Source: Candidatus Electronema aureum (GTDB taxonomy: Bacteria; Desulfobacterota; Desulfobulbia; Desulfobulbales; Desulfobulbaceae). From it: 25,850 bases of DNA. Position numbers and translations under genes: made by a program. The stretch is taken from NCBI GenBank assembly GCA_004284765.1, contig NQJD01000034.1:1-25850 (forward strand), given 5' to 3'. Shown here in pieces: positions 9,608 to 18,473 of the stretch (its first letter is position 1; the number at the start of each line of letters is the position of its first letter). The notes beneath the pieces were generated by a model, which was given only the letters and a program-made list of their open reading frames with translations, did no database searches and was not told the DNA's origin.

Positions 9608-10620
9608 ATAAACAATATTACCTCGGTCATGTGCGCAAGGACGACCCCCTTTACGACTATTTGCGTCATGAAATTCAGCCGCTGATCAATGAAGCAAGCA
9701 AGCAGCGGCCAGAATACCGCGTCTTCCGCTTGAATGCCTCCAATGATGTGTTTTTGTATGAAGAAAAATACAGCGGTGCTAAAATTATTGGCAAGTTCTT
9801 TCTCTGTAGTCAGAATCGGGATGCAGAGAAAGCAACTGAACGCCTGAACCGTGAATTTGATAGCTTATGTGCGTTGCGCGACTGTGGCCTGACTGGTTAT
9901 CCACATCATGTGGCTCGACCTTTAGGCCGCAATTATGCGCTCAACGCACTCTTGGTGACGGAAAACTGTGAGGGCGAGCTGTTAAGCAAGGTGATCCTCG
10001 CCGCGATTCACAACGGAGAGCAAGAACAGCTCTATCGCAAGCTCACTGCCCTGGGGTATTTCCTGGCTACGCTCCATAACCGGACAACAGCGGGGGGCAG
10101 AACAGATTTTAATCATAACTGCAACTATATGGATCAGCTCATCAGCAAGCTCATGCGGATCGGTGCTATCAGGCAGGACGAAGCGAGCGAGCTGCATTGG
10201 CTGCGTGATCAGTGGCGACAGCAGGCGCGGATGTGGGAAGATCAAAAGGTGCTGGTGCATGGCGATGCGACACCGGATAATTTCATTATCGGCAGCGGCT
10301 TGAATATCACCGGCTTTGATCTGGAGCGTTCGCATTGCAATGACCGGGTATTCGATGTGGGCCGCCTTGCTGGTGAATTGAAACACTTCTTCCTGCGGGC
10401 AACCGGCGACAGACAGGCTGCTGAACCGTTCATCGGTCATTTCCTTTGGGAGTATTCCTGTCATTTTCCGAACCGAGACAGCGCATTTCGCTCGATTACC
10501 GGCCGGATTCCTTTTTATATGGGCATCACCTTACTCAGAATTGCCCGCAATAGCTGGGTTAGTCGTGAGTATCGCCGCTGTCTAATCAACGAAGCTAAAG
10601 CATGTTTGCGGAGATACTAA
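9604..10620 (+). CDS. Protein-kinase-like fold phosphotransferase (aminoglycoside/choline-kinase-like family)
   Basis: It has a beta3-Lys context (IIGKFF), a catalytic loop VLVHGDATPDNFII (Brenner-type HGDxxxxN) and a metal-binding FDLE...D segment. I prefer the ATG at 9604 (4-nt overlap with the upstream stop) to the track start at 9583. Confidence 0.8.
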   Translation: MNKQYYLGHVRKDDPLYDYLRHEIQPLINEASKQRPEYRVFRLNASNDVFLYEEKYSGAKIIGKFFLCSQNRDAEKATERLNREFDSLCALRDCGLTGYPHHVARPLGRNYALNALLVTENCEGELLSKVILAAIHNGEQEQLYRKLTALGYFLATLHNRTTAGGRTDFNHNCNYMDQLISKLMRIGAIRQDEASELHWLRDQWRQQARMWEDQKVLVHGDATPDNFIIGSGLNITGFDLERSHCNDRVFDVGRLAGELKHFFLRATGDRQAAEPFIGHFLWEYSCHFPNRDSAFRSITGRIPFYMGITLLRIARNSWVSREYRRCLINEAKACLRRY

Positions 10621-10621
10621 A

Positions 10622-11362
10622 ATGCTCATCAAAGGACTGATCTTTGATATCAACGGCACCCTGACCGATATCAACACGGACGAAGGCAATAAAGATATTT
10701 GGCGAACCTTGAGCAATCTCCTCCTGTATCAGGGGATTTCTCTTGAGGCGGATGAGCTGAAGGCGTTGTATTTCGGATTCATGAGGCAACAGCGGGAAGC
10801 GGAAGGTGAACGGCATCCTGAGTTTGATGCCGTAGCGGTTTTCCAGGAGATTATTTATCAGCATTCGACCGCATTCACCCAGCGGCTGCCTGCTGAGAAA
10901 CAACGGCAACTACCGCTGTTGATGGCCGAGACCTTCCGCGCCGCCTCGCTTTTCCGATTGAAACGCTACCGAGGTGTTAGGGACACGATCAAGCAGCTTC
11001 ATCAGCAATACCGTCTGGCTATTGTCTCTGACGGACAGGCAGCCTATGCCGTGCCGGAACTGAATGCGGTCGGCTTACTTGAATACTTCAGCCCGGTCAT
11101 CGTTTCCGGTGACTTGGGCTATCGGAAGCCGGACAGACGGCTGTTTGAGAAAGCCTTGACTGGACTGGAAATGAAACCAGAAGAGGTGTTGTTTATTGGC
11201 AATGACATGTACCGTGACGTATTCGGCGCACAGCAGTGTGGCATCAAGACGATCTTTTTTAAATCAAATCAGGGGCAGCAGGAATATGCCGGAACAGAAC
11301 CAAACTACGTTATCTACAATTTTCCAGAACTGCTGAATGCAGTGCAGTTCCTGCAAGCGTAG
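10622..11362 (+). CDS. HAD-superfamily hydrolase, subfamily IA-like, atypical motif I
   Basis: Motif I is FDINGTL, motif II is LAIVSDG, motif III is GYRKPD and motif IV is IGNDMYRDV. The ATG lies 1 nt after the kinase TAA. Confidence 0.85.
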   Translation: MLIKGLIFDINGTLTDINTDEGNKDIWRTLSNLLLYQGISLEADELKALYFGFMRQQREAEGERHPEFDAVAVFQEIIYQHSTAFTQRLPAEKQRQLPLLMAETFRAASLFRLKRYRGVRDTIKQLHQQYRLAIVSDGQAAYAVPELNAVGLLEYFSPVIVSGDLGYRKPDRRLFEKALTGLEMKPEEVLFIGNDMYRDVFGAQQCGIKTIFFKSNQGQQEYAGTEPNYVIYNFPELLNAVQFLQA

Positions 11363-11390
11363 TTTACTTCCCCTTCATCTCCTGCCTGAT

Positions 11391-12617
11391 ATGTCCTTTG
11401 AACGCTTTGTCAGCTTCCGTTACCTGCGGGCCAAACGGAAGCAGAAGTTTATTTCTTTGATTTCCGTCATCTCGGTGCTGGGTGTGGCAGTGGGGGTGAT
11501 GGCTCTGATAGTTGTTCTCTCCGTCTATACGGGCTTCACCGAAGGTCTGCGTGATCAAATCATCGGCATCAATGCCCATATCTTAGTGCAGGGCTTTGGC
11601 GGCGAGATTGACAATCCTGCTCTGCTCAAGGAGCAAGTGGAGAAGATCAGCGGAGTAGCCGCCGCCACGCCGTATGTCTATGCGCAAGCCCTGATCACAA
11701 CTGGCGGCCAGTCATCAGGGATTGCCATTCGCGGCATTGATCCGAACAGCGCGGCCAAGGTTATCAGCCTTGATACCAAGATGACGAGCGGCACCTTAGC
11801 GGACTTGGCGGTCGAGAACAGCCTACCTGCCATTATTCTTGGCAAAGAGATTGCCAACCAGCTCCGGGTGAAAGCAGGCGCAAAGGTTCGCTTGATCTCA
11901 CCGAGCGGGCCGCTGACCCCAATGGGCGTGATGCCGAAGGTACAAACCTGTGTGGTGAGTGGCATCTTTGCAACTGGCATGTACGAATACGATTCGACGA
12001 TGGGCTTTGTCAGCTTAGAGACAGCCCGACGCTTGGCGGGTGTGGAAAATGAGGGCGTGCATGGCCTTGAGGTGCGAGTTACGGATATCGACAAAGCCAA
12101 CCTGACTTCTGCCGCCATTCGAGCGCAGCTTGGGCCAGCGTATTCGGCTCGTGATTGGATGCAGCTCAATCAGAATCTCTTTGCCGCCCTCAAGTTAGAG
12201 AAGATCGGCATCTTCATCGCTCTTGATTTGATCATTCTTGTTGCTGCGCTCAACATCATCAGCGCCTTGGTGATGGTGGTGATGGAAAAGAACAAAGACA
12301 TTGCCATTCTCAAGTCAATGGGTGCGAAAACCGGCTCAATCATGCGCATCTTCTTCTACCAAGGCATGGTGATTGGCCTATCCGGTACTGCGCTCGGTGT
12401 CACCTTGGGCTTGAGCCTCTGTGCTATCCTCAAACGATACAAAATCATCGAGCTGCCGAGCAATGTGTATCCGATGTCCACGATGCCGGTCAAGGTAGTG
12501 CCGATGGATGTGACCATCATTGCCATCTCTGCCATTCTGATCACCTTGGCCGCAACCCTGTATCCCTCTTGGAAGGCTTCCCGTATCCGGCCTGCTGATG
12601 CCCTGACTTATGAATGA
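11391..12617 (+). CDS. lolE: Lipoprotein-releasing system permease (LolC/LolE family)
   Basis: The N-terminus MSFERFVSFRYLRAKRKQKFISLISVISVLGVAVGVMALIVVLSV is followed by a large periplasmic loop and a C-terminal FtsX-like 3-TM bundle. I prefer the ATG at 11391 to the track start at 11337. LolC versus LolE cannot be distinguished. Confidence 0.88.
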   Translation: MSFERFVSFRYLRAKRKQKFISLISVISVLGVAVGVMALIVVLSVYTGFTEGLRDQIIGINAHILVQGFGGEIDNPALLKEQVEKISGVAAATPYVYAQALITTGGQSSGIAIRGIDPNSAAKVISLDTKMTSGTLADLAVENSLPAIILGKEIANQLRVKAGAKVRLISPSGPLTPMGVMPKVQTCVVSGIFATGMYEYDSTMGFVSLETARRLAGVENEGVHGLEVRVTDIDKANLTSAAIRAQLGPAYSARDWMQLNQNLFAALKLEKIGIFIALDLIILVAALNIISALVMVVMEKNKDIAILKSMGAKTGSIMRIFFYQGMVIGLSGTALGVTLGLSLCAILKRYKIIELPSNVYPMSTMPVKVVPMDVTIIAISAILITLAATLYPSWKASRIRPADALTYE

Positions 12618-13308
12618 TCTTTTGAATATGCCCGCTGAATCCCTGCTCCTGCAAGCTGTCAATCTCCACAAGGATTATGGCACGAAAGAGAATCCAGTGC
12701 GAGTGCTGCGCCGGGTGAATATTGAAGTAGCGAGAGGCGAGATGCTGGCGATTGTTGGCGCGTCTGGCTCTGGTAAGACCACGTTGCTTCAGATACTCGG
12801 CTGTCTTGATCTGCCGGATAAAGGCAAGCTCTGGTTCGATGGTCAGGACTTGAGCCGCTTGTCTGAGAACAGACTGGCCGCGCATCGGAATAAGAATGTC
12901 GGCTTCATCTTCCAGTTTCATTATCTGCTGCCAGAGTTTACTGCGCTGGAAAACGTGATGATGCCTGGTTTAATTGCTGGTCTGCCGGAACGAAGACTGA
13001 AAGAGAAGGCGAAACGGCTGCTGGAGCAGGTAGGCTTAGGGCATCGCCTCAGTCATCGCAGCGGAGAGCTGTCTGGCGGCGAACAACAGCGGGTCGCCCT
13101 TGCCCGTGCCTTGGTCATGCAGCCAGCCCTGCTGCTTGCTGATGAACCGACTGGCAATCTTGATTCCGCCAGCGGTCAGCAGGTGTTCGCACTGTTGACC
13201 GATCTTTGCCGCACCCAGTCTATGTCAGTAATTATGGTCACACACAACATGGAGTTAGCTCATTCTATGGATCGCTGCTTGACACTGAAAGATGGACAAT
13301 TGGAGTGA
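12610..13308 (+). CDS. lolD: Lipoprotein-releasing system ATP-binding protein
   Basis: Walker [10 protein letters not shown], signature [15 protein letters not shown] and Walker [13 protein letters not shown] are present. The gene overlaps lolE by 8 nt. Confidence 0.92.
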   Translation: MNDLLNMPAESLLLQAVNLHKDYGTKENPVRVLRRVNIEVARGEMLAIVGASGSGKTTLLQILGCLDLPDKGKLWFDGQDLSRLSENRLAAHRNKNVGFIFQFHYLLPEFTALENVMMPGLIAGLPERRLKEKAKRLLEQVGLGHRLSHRSGELSGGEQQRVALARALVMQPALLLADEPTGNLDSASGQQVFALLTDLCRTQSMSVIMVTHNMELAHSMDRCLTLKDGQLE

Positions 13309-13339
13309 AGGAAAAAGGGTTGTTCAGTCGAGCTGATCT

Positions 13340-13732
13340 TTATCCCCATAGCTCCGCCATTATCCTTCCTACCCAAACTAATCCCACTCCTATCACCACC
13401 TGTAACCCGGCATTGAGCATGGCCAGCTCTCCGCGCCCGGCCCTGAGTAGGTTCAGGGTTTCGTTGCCGAAGCTGGAAAAGGTTGTGAAACCGCCCAGCA
13501 CGCCGATAATCAAAAAACTGCGCATTTCTGCCGAAAACATCGAGCGGTTTTCGGAGAGCGCACTGAGAAAGCCAATCAGCAGGCAGCCAATCATGTTCAC
13601 AGTCAAGGTACCAAAGGGATAGACGAGAGAGCCGGAGCGGGTCTGCGCCCATGAACTGACTACAAAGCGCAGTACCGCTCCTATGCCCCCGCCCGCGCAG
13701 ATGACGGCGAGCCTCAGAACTTCACCGCTCAT
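13340..13732 (-). CDS. crcB: Fluoride ion channel CrcB/FluC
   Basis: 130-aa 4-TM protein with GGGIGAVLRF, FGTLTVNMIGCLLIGF and GGFTTFSSF. Confidence 0.9.
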   Translation of the reverse strand: MSGEVLRLAVICAGGGIGAVLRFVVSSWAQTRSGSLVYPFGTLTVNMIGCLLIGFLSALSENRSMFSAEMRSFLIIGVLGGFTTFSSFGNETLNLLRAGRGELAMLNAGLQVVIGVGLVWVGRIMAELWG

Positions 13733-16700
13733 CGCCCCAACAGACCGTCGAACAGGCCGGGCAGATTAGGAAGAGCCTTCTCAAGCTCCTTGGGCAACAC
13801 CTTTTTCACTTGCTCCTTGACCGCCTGTTCTGCCGCGTGGCCTGCCGCTTGCCGGAGCAAGTCAGAAGCGGCTGTCCTCAGGGCTTCGGGATTATAGACT
13901 GGCTTATCCTTGGTGCCTTTGATCGGCACTTTCAGCGTTGCACCCTTGAGAAACTCGTATCCCTTCTTGCCCACTAAATTTTTCGTCACCGGTATTTCCA
14001 GCATATAATCCAAGCTGCCGTCAAAACCTGCTGAACCGCTCATGATCATTTCCGAATCTGCTACGGTCATCTTAATCGGCGAGCAAGATATCCGGCCTTT
14101 TTTCCCCTCGCAGGTGAGAGTTTTTTCTTTGAGCTGGAGCGGCGTGCCGGTTAGTCCGGCCATGTCAAGGATACCGGCCAAGACATTAACCGGCTCCAGT
14201 ACCACGCTGGCTAAATCAAAGCGGAGGCTGAAATCAGCCTGCTCTAAGCCCTTGCCGCCGATGGGCAGCGAGAGCCGCTCCGCCCGCACGCTGATGGTTC
14301 CCGCAGGTCGGGCTACTGCGCCAAGTAACGGATGAAAACTCTTGAGCAGGCCGTCAGCGAGGCTTTCCACCAAACCGACTTTGTCTAAGATTTGCTCTGG
14401 CGCAGCCAGTGTGAGCAGCGGTGGGGTGCGAGTGTAATCAATCTTAGGCGAAAACTGCACCTTACCGCCGTTCAGTCCACCTTTGAGGGCGGCGTTCATG
14501 ATGCCCTCCTTCATGCTGGTGTCTGCCAAGAGGTCGCTGATACTGATGCCTGATTTGACAAAGGTATCGGCATGAACCCGACCTGTAAACTTGAGGTCAA
14601 TCTGTTGCTTTTTTCCGGTGATGGGATAATAGAGGCTGAATTTTTCCTTTTTCCGCCCTTCAGCAGTAATGCCCAGTGGATACATCCCGTTCAACACAGC
14701 GATCAAGTCAGCCAGATCAGGAGTAGCTGCGCCCTCTAAGGCCAAATACGGATTTTTGCCTGCCAGCTCTAATTTGCCGCTCGATTGGAGGGAAAGCGGC
14801 TCAGACAACAGGTCAAAGGTGGTGAAATAAATGTCACCCGCAGCAAGATCGCCGTGCAGTCTGCTGCGAAATTCCACTTTTTCCTTGGCCGCGATCACGC
14901 TACCCTCTTTGCCGTACATGAAGCGGTCGAGATCGATCTCCACGGTGCCGGTATTGCCGCCTCCTTTGCCCGCGCTCCCTGCAATGCTGTCTTGGCCAGT
15001 CAGCTCAATGGCAAAGGAGCCGGTGCCGCCGAGTTTTTTATCCGGGGTGATTTTGCCCAACTGCTGAAGCAGAATAGTGAGCTTTTCTAACTCTGATTTA
15101 CCGGTAATTTGCAGACTCCTCAGCGCGGGCATAGGCTTATGCTGCCAGTCGTCCAAGGCTAGTTGTTGAAGCCTGATCTCAGCAAAACCTGATGAGAATT
15201 CCAGATCGCGCAGGACCAAACGGCGACTTAGAGGATCAATCAGACTGAAGCCGCCGCCGTCTGCAAAAAAGGAGGTGCGGCTCTTAGCCTCAACCAAGGG
15301 ACGAACGGTCTTTTCTGCTGCCGGAGCAGCTTCAGGCGCGAGTGTGGCAAGGCGTAGTTGTGGGTCACGGAAGACCTTGCCCTTTTGGTAAAGGATAAAG
15401 TCCTTGATTTTGCTGTCTAACTCACGTAGCACCACCCGACTATCCTCAGTGTAACCAGAGGCATGGAGGTCTAAGCTGCCTGCCAGCGAAGTTTCGGGAT
15501 CAAGAGCATCAAACTTATGCAGCAGCTCAACCACCCGGCCCAGCATCAGGTCGGCTTTAAGCTGGTAGCCTGCGGAAATTTTTCCATTTTTTCGGTGCAA
15601 GCCATCCACGGTACCGCTGAGGCTACCTGCCCAAAAAGCAAGGTCAAAGCTCATCTCTGCCGCCTCTTTGCTGCTCTCAGGAAATTGCCGAGGCATGTTC
15701 AACCGACCGCTAAAGCTGGTTTTGCTGGGCGGCAGAATTTCCTTACCCTGTCGGGCGAGGCGGCTCTCAGCGATTTCAGCTTTAGTTTCGATTAGGTAGC
15801 GGTCGCCTTCGTTTTTAGTCAATTGCAGCTGAAGCTGGAGCTTGCCGCCTGCATCCCAATCCGAGCGAAAAATCCGATTTACCTCTCGCATAGTTTGATC
15901 AAGATCAGCCATCCCGTCCAAAGAAAACTGCTTGAGATTACCCCGGCCTTCTATGTTGAGAAAAGGAGCAGCAAGGGTGATATTCTCTATCTCCGGTTCC
16001 TGATTTTCCAAACTGCCCGCAAGGTGCAGACGCAGGGGATGTTCCCAAGCAAAAGACTCACCGTTTTGTCGCCCAGATAGACTATTTGCGGCCACATCTG
16101 CGTTAATGCGCAGCTTGCCCTTTTCCTTGGCTAATTCAGCAGACAAATTCAGCTCGCCTCGGTCTAAGCGCAAATCTTCTCGAATTTTGAACAAATGGGG
16201 AAATTGAGCCAGCAAAAGCGAAAGATCGATTTTGCCTTCACCGCTACCTTGGAAGCTCTCACCGCTGTAAGCGCACTGGAGGCTCAAACTGCCGAAATCG
16301 GAAACCATCTTCAGAGCAGGAAACTGCCAATTGCTGCCTTCCTTTTTCAAATCAAGATCAAGGGAGAGTTGGCTGAAACGGGGGTTGTCCTCGCCCAGCA
16401 CACCGCCGGAAAGATCAACTTCGTTGAAAGCAACCGGGCCGCGCAGGGTCAAACTACCGTTCGCTGCGCCTTCAATCTTGATATTTGCTGACAATTTACC
16501 GGTACCCTGAGGCAGACCGTCTTTACCGGGCTTGAGAGCCAGAAAAGGTTTGGTCTGCAACTCAGCGAATTTGAGCTGAATATCGCCGCCTGCCAAGCTG
16601 CCTTGTACTACTTCAGCTATCTTGGCAGAACCATTGAGCGAAACCTGACCTTCTTGGCCGTTTTCCCCAGTTAGCTCGAAGTTGAGCTGACCGGCAGCAG

Positions 16701-17259
16701 TATCCGCCTTGAGCGAGCCGTTGCGTAAAAAGACCTCTAGCTGCTGCCCCGTTTGAGCAATTTTGACCACGGCCTTGTTGATAATCAGTCTGCCGTGCAT
16801 TGTGTTCAGGAAACTGTCAGCGTTCTCTTGAGCTACCGTTGTGGGTGTTGACGACGCAGGCGCGGCTGTTTTTCCCGCATTTTCTTGGGAGATAGGTTGT
16901 TCCTTGGACGACGTAGGCGTAACGGTCAAGAGCAATACCGGCTCCTCAAGGCTGATTTCGCCCAGCTCTTCTCGCGCAGTCAGTAACGCCCACAGTCCCT
17001 TATTATTTTTTAATGCAGCAAGATCAAGGTGAAGCCCCTGCTCTGCATCACTGTAAGTGACTTGAGTGCATTTTAAGCCCTGCTGCCAGCCTATCGAACA
17101 GCTGCCAGCTGCCAGCGTACCCGGAATGCTTTTATTCAGTTTATTGAGAGCAAAATTCCGCACCCAGCTTGAGGACAAAAGGGTCGGTGCTAACAGCGTG
17201 ACCGCCAGCAGCGTTCCTGCTCCAGCTCCTGCCGCAAGCAACAGTTTCTTCTTTTTCAC
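13729..17259 (-). CDS. Large AsmA-like / TamB-like envelope protein
   Basis: 1176-aa ORF with an N-terminal signal-anchor (MKKKKLLLAAGAGAGTLLAVTLLAP). The long body is repetitive and rich in predicted beta-strand, with recurrent G-x-L/G-x-I segments. The C-terminal LKVPIKGTKDKPVYNP resembles the AsmA C-terminal motif. The family call is by resemblance only. Confidence 0.6.
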   Translation of the reverse strand: MKKKKLLLAAGAGAGTLLAVTLLAPTLLSSSWVRNFALNKLNKSIPGTLAAGSCSIGWQQGLKCTQVTYSDAEQGLHLDLAALKNNKGLWALLTAREELGEISLEEPVLLLTVTPTSSKEQPISQENAGKTAAPASSTPTTVAQENADSFLNTMHGRLIINKAVVKIAQTGQQLEVFLRNGSLKADTAAGQLNFELTGENGQEGQVSLNGSAKIAEVVQGSLAGGDIQLKFAELQTKPFLALKPGKDGLPQGTGKLSANIKIEGAANGSLTLRGPVAFNEVDLSGGVLGEDNPRFSQLSLDLDLKKEGSNWQFPALKMVSDFGSLSLQCAYSGESFQGSGEGKIDLSLLLAQFPHLFKIREDLRLDRGELNLSAELAKEKGKLRINADVAANSLSGRQNGESFAWEHPLRLHLAGSLENQEPEIENITLAAPFLNIEGRGNLKQFSLDGMADLDQTMREVNRIFRSDWDAGGKLQLQLQLTKNEGDRYLIETKAEIAESRLARQGKEILPPSKTSFSGRLNMPRQFPESSKEAAEMSFDLAFWAGSLSGTVDGLHRKNGKISAGYQLKADLMLGRVVELLHKFDALDPETSLAGSLDLHASGYTEDSRVVLRELDSKIKDFILYQKGKVFRDPQLRLATLAPEAAPAAEKTVRPLVEAKSRTSFFADGGGFSLIDPLSRRLVLRDLEFSSGFAEIRLQQLALDDWQHKPMPALRSLQITGKSELEKLTILLQQLGKITPDKKLGGTGSFAIELTGQDSIAGSAGKGGGNTGTVEIDLDRFMYGKEGSVIAAKEKVEFRSRLHGDLAAGDIYFTTFDLLSEPLSLQSSGKLELAGKNPYLALEGAATPDLADLIAVLNGMYPLGITAEGRKKEKFSLYYPITGKKQQIDLKFTGRVHADTFVKSGISISDLLADTSMKEGIMNAALKGGLNGGKVQFSPKIDYTRTPPLLTLAAPEQILDKVGLVESLADGLLKSFHPLLGAVARPAGTISVRAERLSLPIGGKGLEQADFSLRFDLASVVLEPVNVLAGILDMAGLTGTPLQLKEKTLTCEGKKGRISCSPIKMTVADSEMIMSGSAGFDGSLDYMLEIPVTKNLVGKKGYEFLKGATLKVPIKGTKDKPVYNPEALRTAASDLLRQAAGHAAEQAVKEQVKKVLPKELEKALPNLPGLFDGLLGR

Positions 17260-17391
17260 CTACTCTGCTCCTGTGTTGAAGATGAGAGAATATCTGCTTA
17301 TCCCGTTATGATGGAGATTGCCGCGAAACCGCCTGCTTGTCAATATTGTTCTGTCTGCATCCAAAAATCGGCGATGGTATGCCGATTTCCG

Positions 17392-17421
17392 TTGACCTTG
17401 CCCGGAGTCTTTTTGTACGAT
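17392..17421 (+). promoter_or_regulatory. Candidate promoter for the first CZB gene
   Basis: TTGACC, an 18-nt spacer, then TACGAT. It is preceded by an 8-bp hairpin (17365-17388, AAATCGGC/GCCGATTT). Confidence 0.3.
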
Positions 17422-17506
17422 GCTCTTAGTAGGAACTATTCTCAATAAAGAATGCTACTGTAAAAATTGATTGTAACCCCCAAGTAAAAGTAGGAGGCCA
17501 ACAATT

Positions 17507-17881
17507 ATGAATATAATGATTACGATGGACTTACAGGCAGCCTTGATCGCTCATCTCAACTGGAAATCAAAGCTGTCTGACTTTTTCTATGGATTAGAAG
17601 AACTTAACATTGCAGATGTAGCCGATCATACCGGCTGTGAATTTGGCAAATGGCTGTATTCAAAAGGATTAAGCAGCCTCGCTGGTTTTTCTGAGCTACA
17701 TGAGCTAGAACAGTTGCATAAGGAGGTGCATGAAAGCATCCGAATACTGGTAGCCATGCCACAGGAAATAAGAAATTCCCCGGATGGCAGGCAAGGTTTG
17801 GTTCAATTTCATGACAAATGTGACCGACTGATGTTTATGCTGGAAGACATGGAGCGACAGGTTAAGTTGAAAGTCGCTTGA
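17507..17881 (+). CDS. Stand-alone CZB (chemoreceptor zinc-binding) domain protein, paralog 1
   Basis: 124 aa. It has the full CZB 3His/1Cys pattern: H16 (AHLNW), C44 (GCEFGKW) and H71/H75 (HKEVH). Spacing is close to that described for DgcZ/TlpD CZB domains. AGGAGG lies 9 nt upstream of the ATG. Confidence 0.8.
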   Translation: MNIMITMDLQAALIAHLNWKSKLSDFFYGLEELNIADVADHTGCEFGKWLYSKGLSSLAGFSELHELEQLHKEVHESIRILVAMPQEIRNSPDGRQGLVQFHDKCDRLMFMLEDMERQVKLKVA

Positions 17882-17990
17882 TCCATTTGGTCAGGGAAAA
17901 CCTTCTTCACCTCCTGCTGCTTTTCTTGGGCTACAGGTCTCTTGTTTGTTGACGCTGTAACATATTTCCTTATGAAGCAGCCTGTATTTC

Positions 17991-18020
17991 TTGACAAGAT
18001 TGACTTTTATATGGTAACAT
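17991..18020 (+). promoter_or_regulatory. Candidate promoter for the second CZB gene
   Basis: TTGACA (17991-17996), an 18-nt spacer, then TAACAT (18015-18020). Confidence 0.3.
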
Positions 18021-18086
18021 CAATTAATACCTACCTACTTATTTCAGGTTAGAATTCAACCTCTACAAAACCAAGGAGATAAATTT

Positions 18087-18449
18087 ATGAGTTTATTCGT
18101 GGCAATGGACCTACAAGCCGCCGTGATCGCGCATTTGAGTTGGAAATCAAGACTGACTGATTTCTTTTATGGTGTGGAAAATCTGACCCTTGCTGACGTG
18201 CCAGACCATACTCACTGCGATTTTGGCAAGTGGTTGTATGCCAACGGCTTGAAAGAGCTTACTGGTTTTTCTGAAGTAAATGCAATGGAAGCAGTACACA
18301 AGGACGTGCATGACGGCATCAGAAAACTGGTAACAATGCCCAAAGAAACCAGAATGTCTGACGAAGGAAAGCAAGCATTGGCCGTATTCAAGGACAAATG
18401 CGATCGTCTGGTGGACATCTTGGAACGTATGGAAAAACAGGCAAAATAA
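18087..18449 (+). CDS. Stand-alone CZB domain protein, paralog 2
   Basis: 120 aa, collinear with paralog 1 and roughly half identical by eye. The ligand positions are the same: H16, C44 (HCDFGKW) and H71/H75 (HKDVH). AAGGAG RBS. Confidence 0.8.
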   Translation: MSLFVAMDLQAAVIAHLSWKSRLTDFFYGVENLTLADVPDHTHCDFGKWLYANGLKELTGFSEVNAMEAVHKDVHDGIRKLVTMPKETRMSDEGKQALAVFKDKCDRLVDILERMEKQAK

Positions 18450-18473
18450 GGCAACCTGCACCGAGAGAACAGC

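Noticed and set aside
11337-11390. Track start at 11337 for lolE, overlapping the HAD gene.
   Set aside because: The conserved LolC/E N-terminus begins at MSFERF (ATG 11391). The upstream extension overlaps the HAD stop and has no family resemblance.
13206-13652. ORFs 13206-13622 (plus strand) and 13260-13652 (minus strand) around crcB.
   Set aside because: They are antisense to, or out of frame with, the clear CrcB reading frame, and they have no motifs.
13733-13800. Fluoride riboswitch upstream of crcB.
   Set aside because: The region upstream of crcB is the coding 3' end of the AsmA-like gene (4-nt overlap), so there is no leader.
17260-17445. 61-aa minus-strand ORF in the divergent region between the AsmA-like gene and the first CZB gene.
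   Set aside because: It has no RBS, lies in a promoter-type AT-rich intergenic region, and has no recognisable features.
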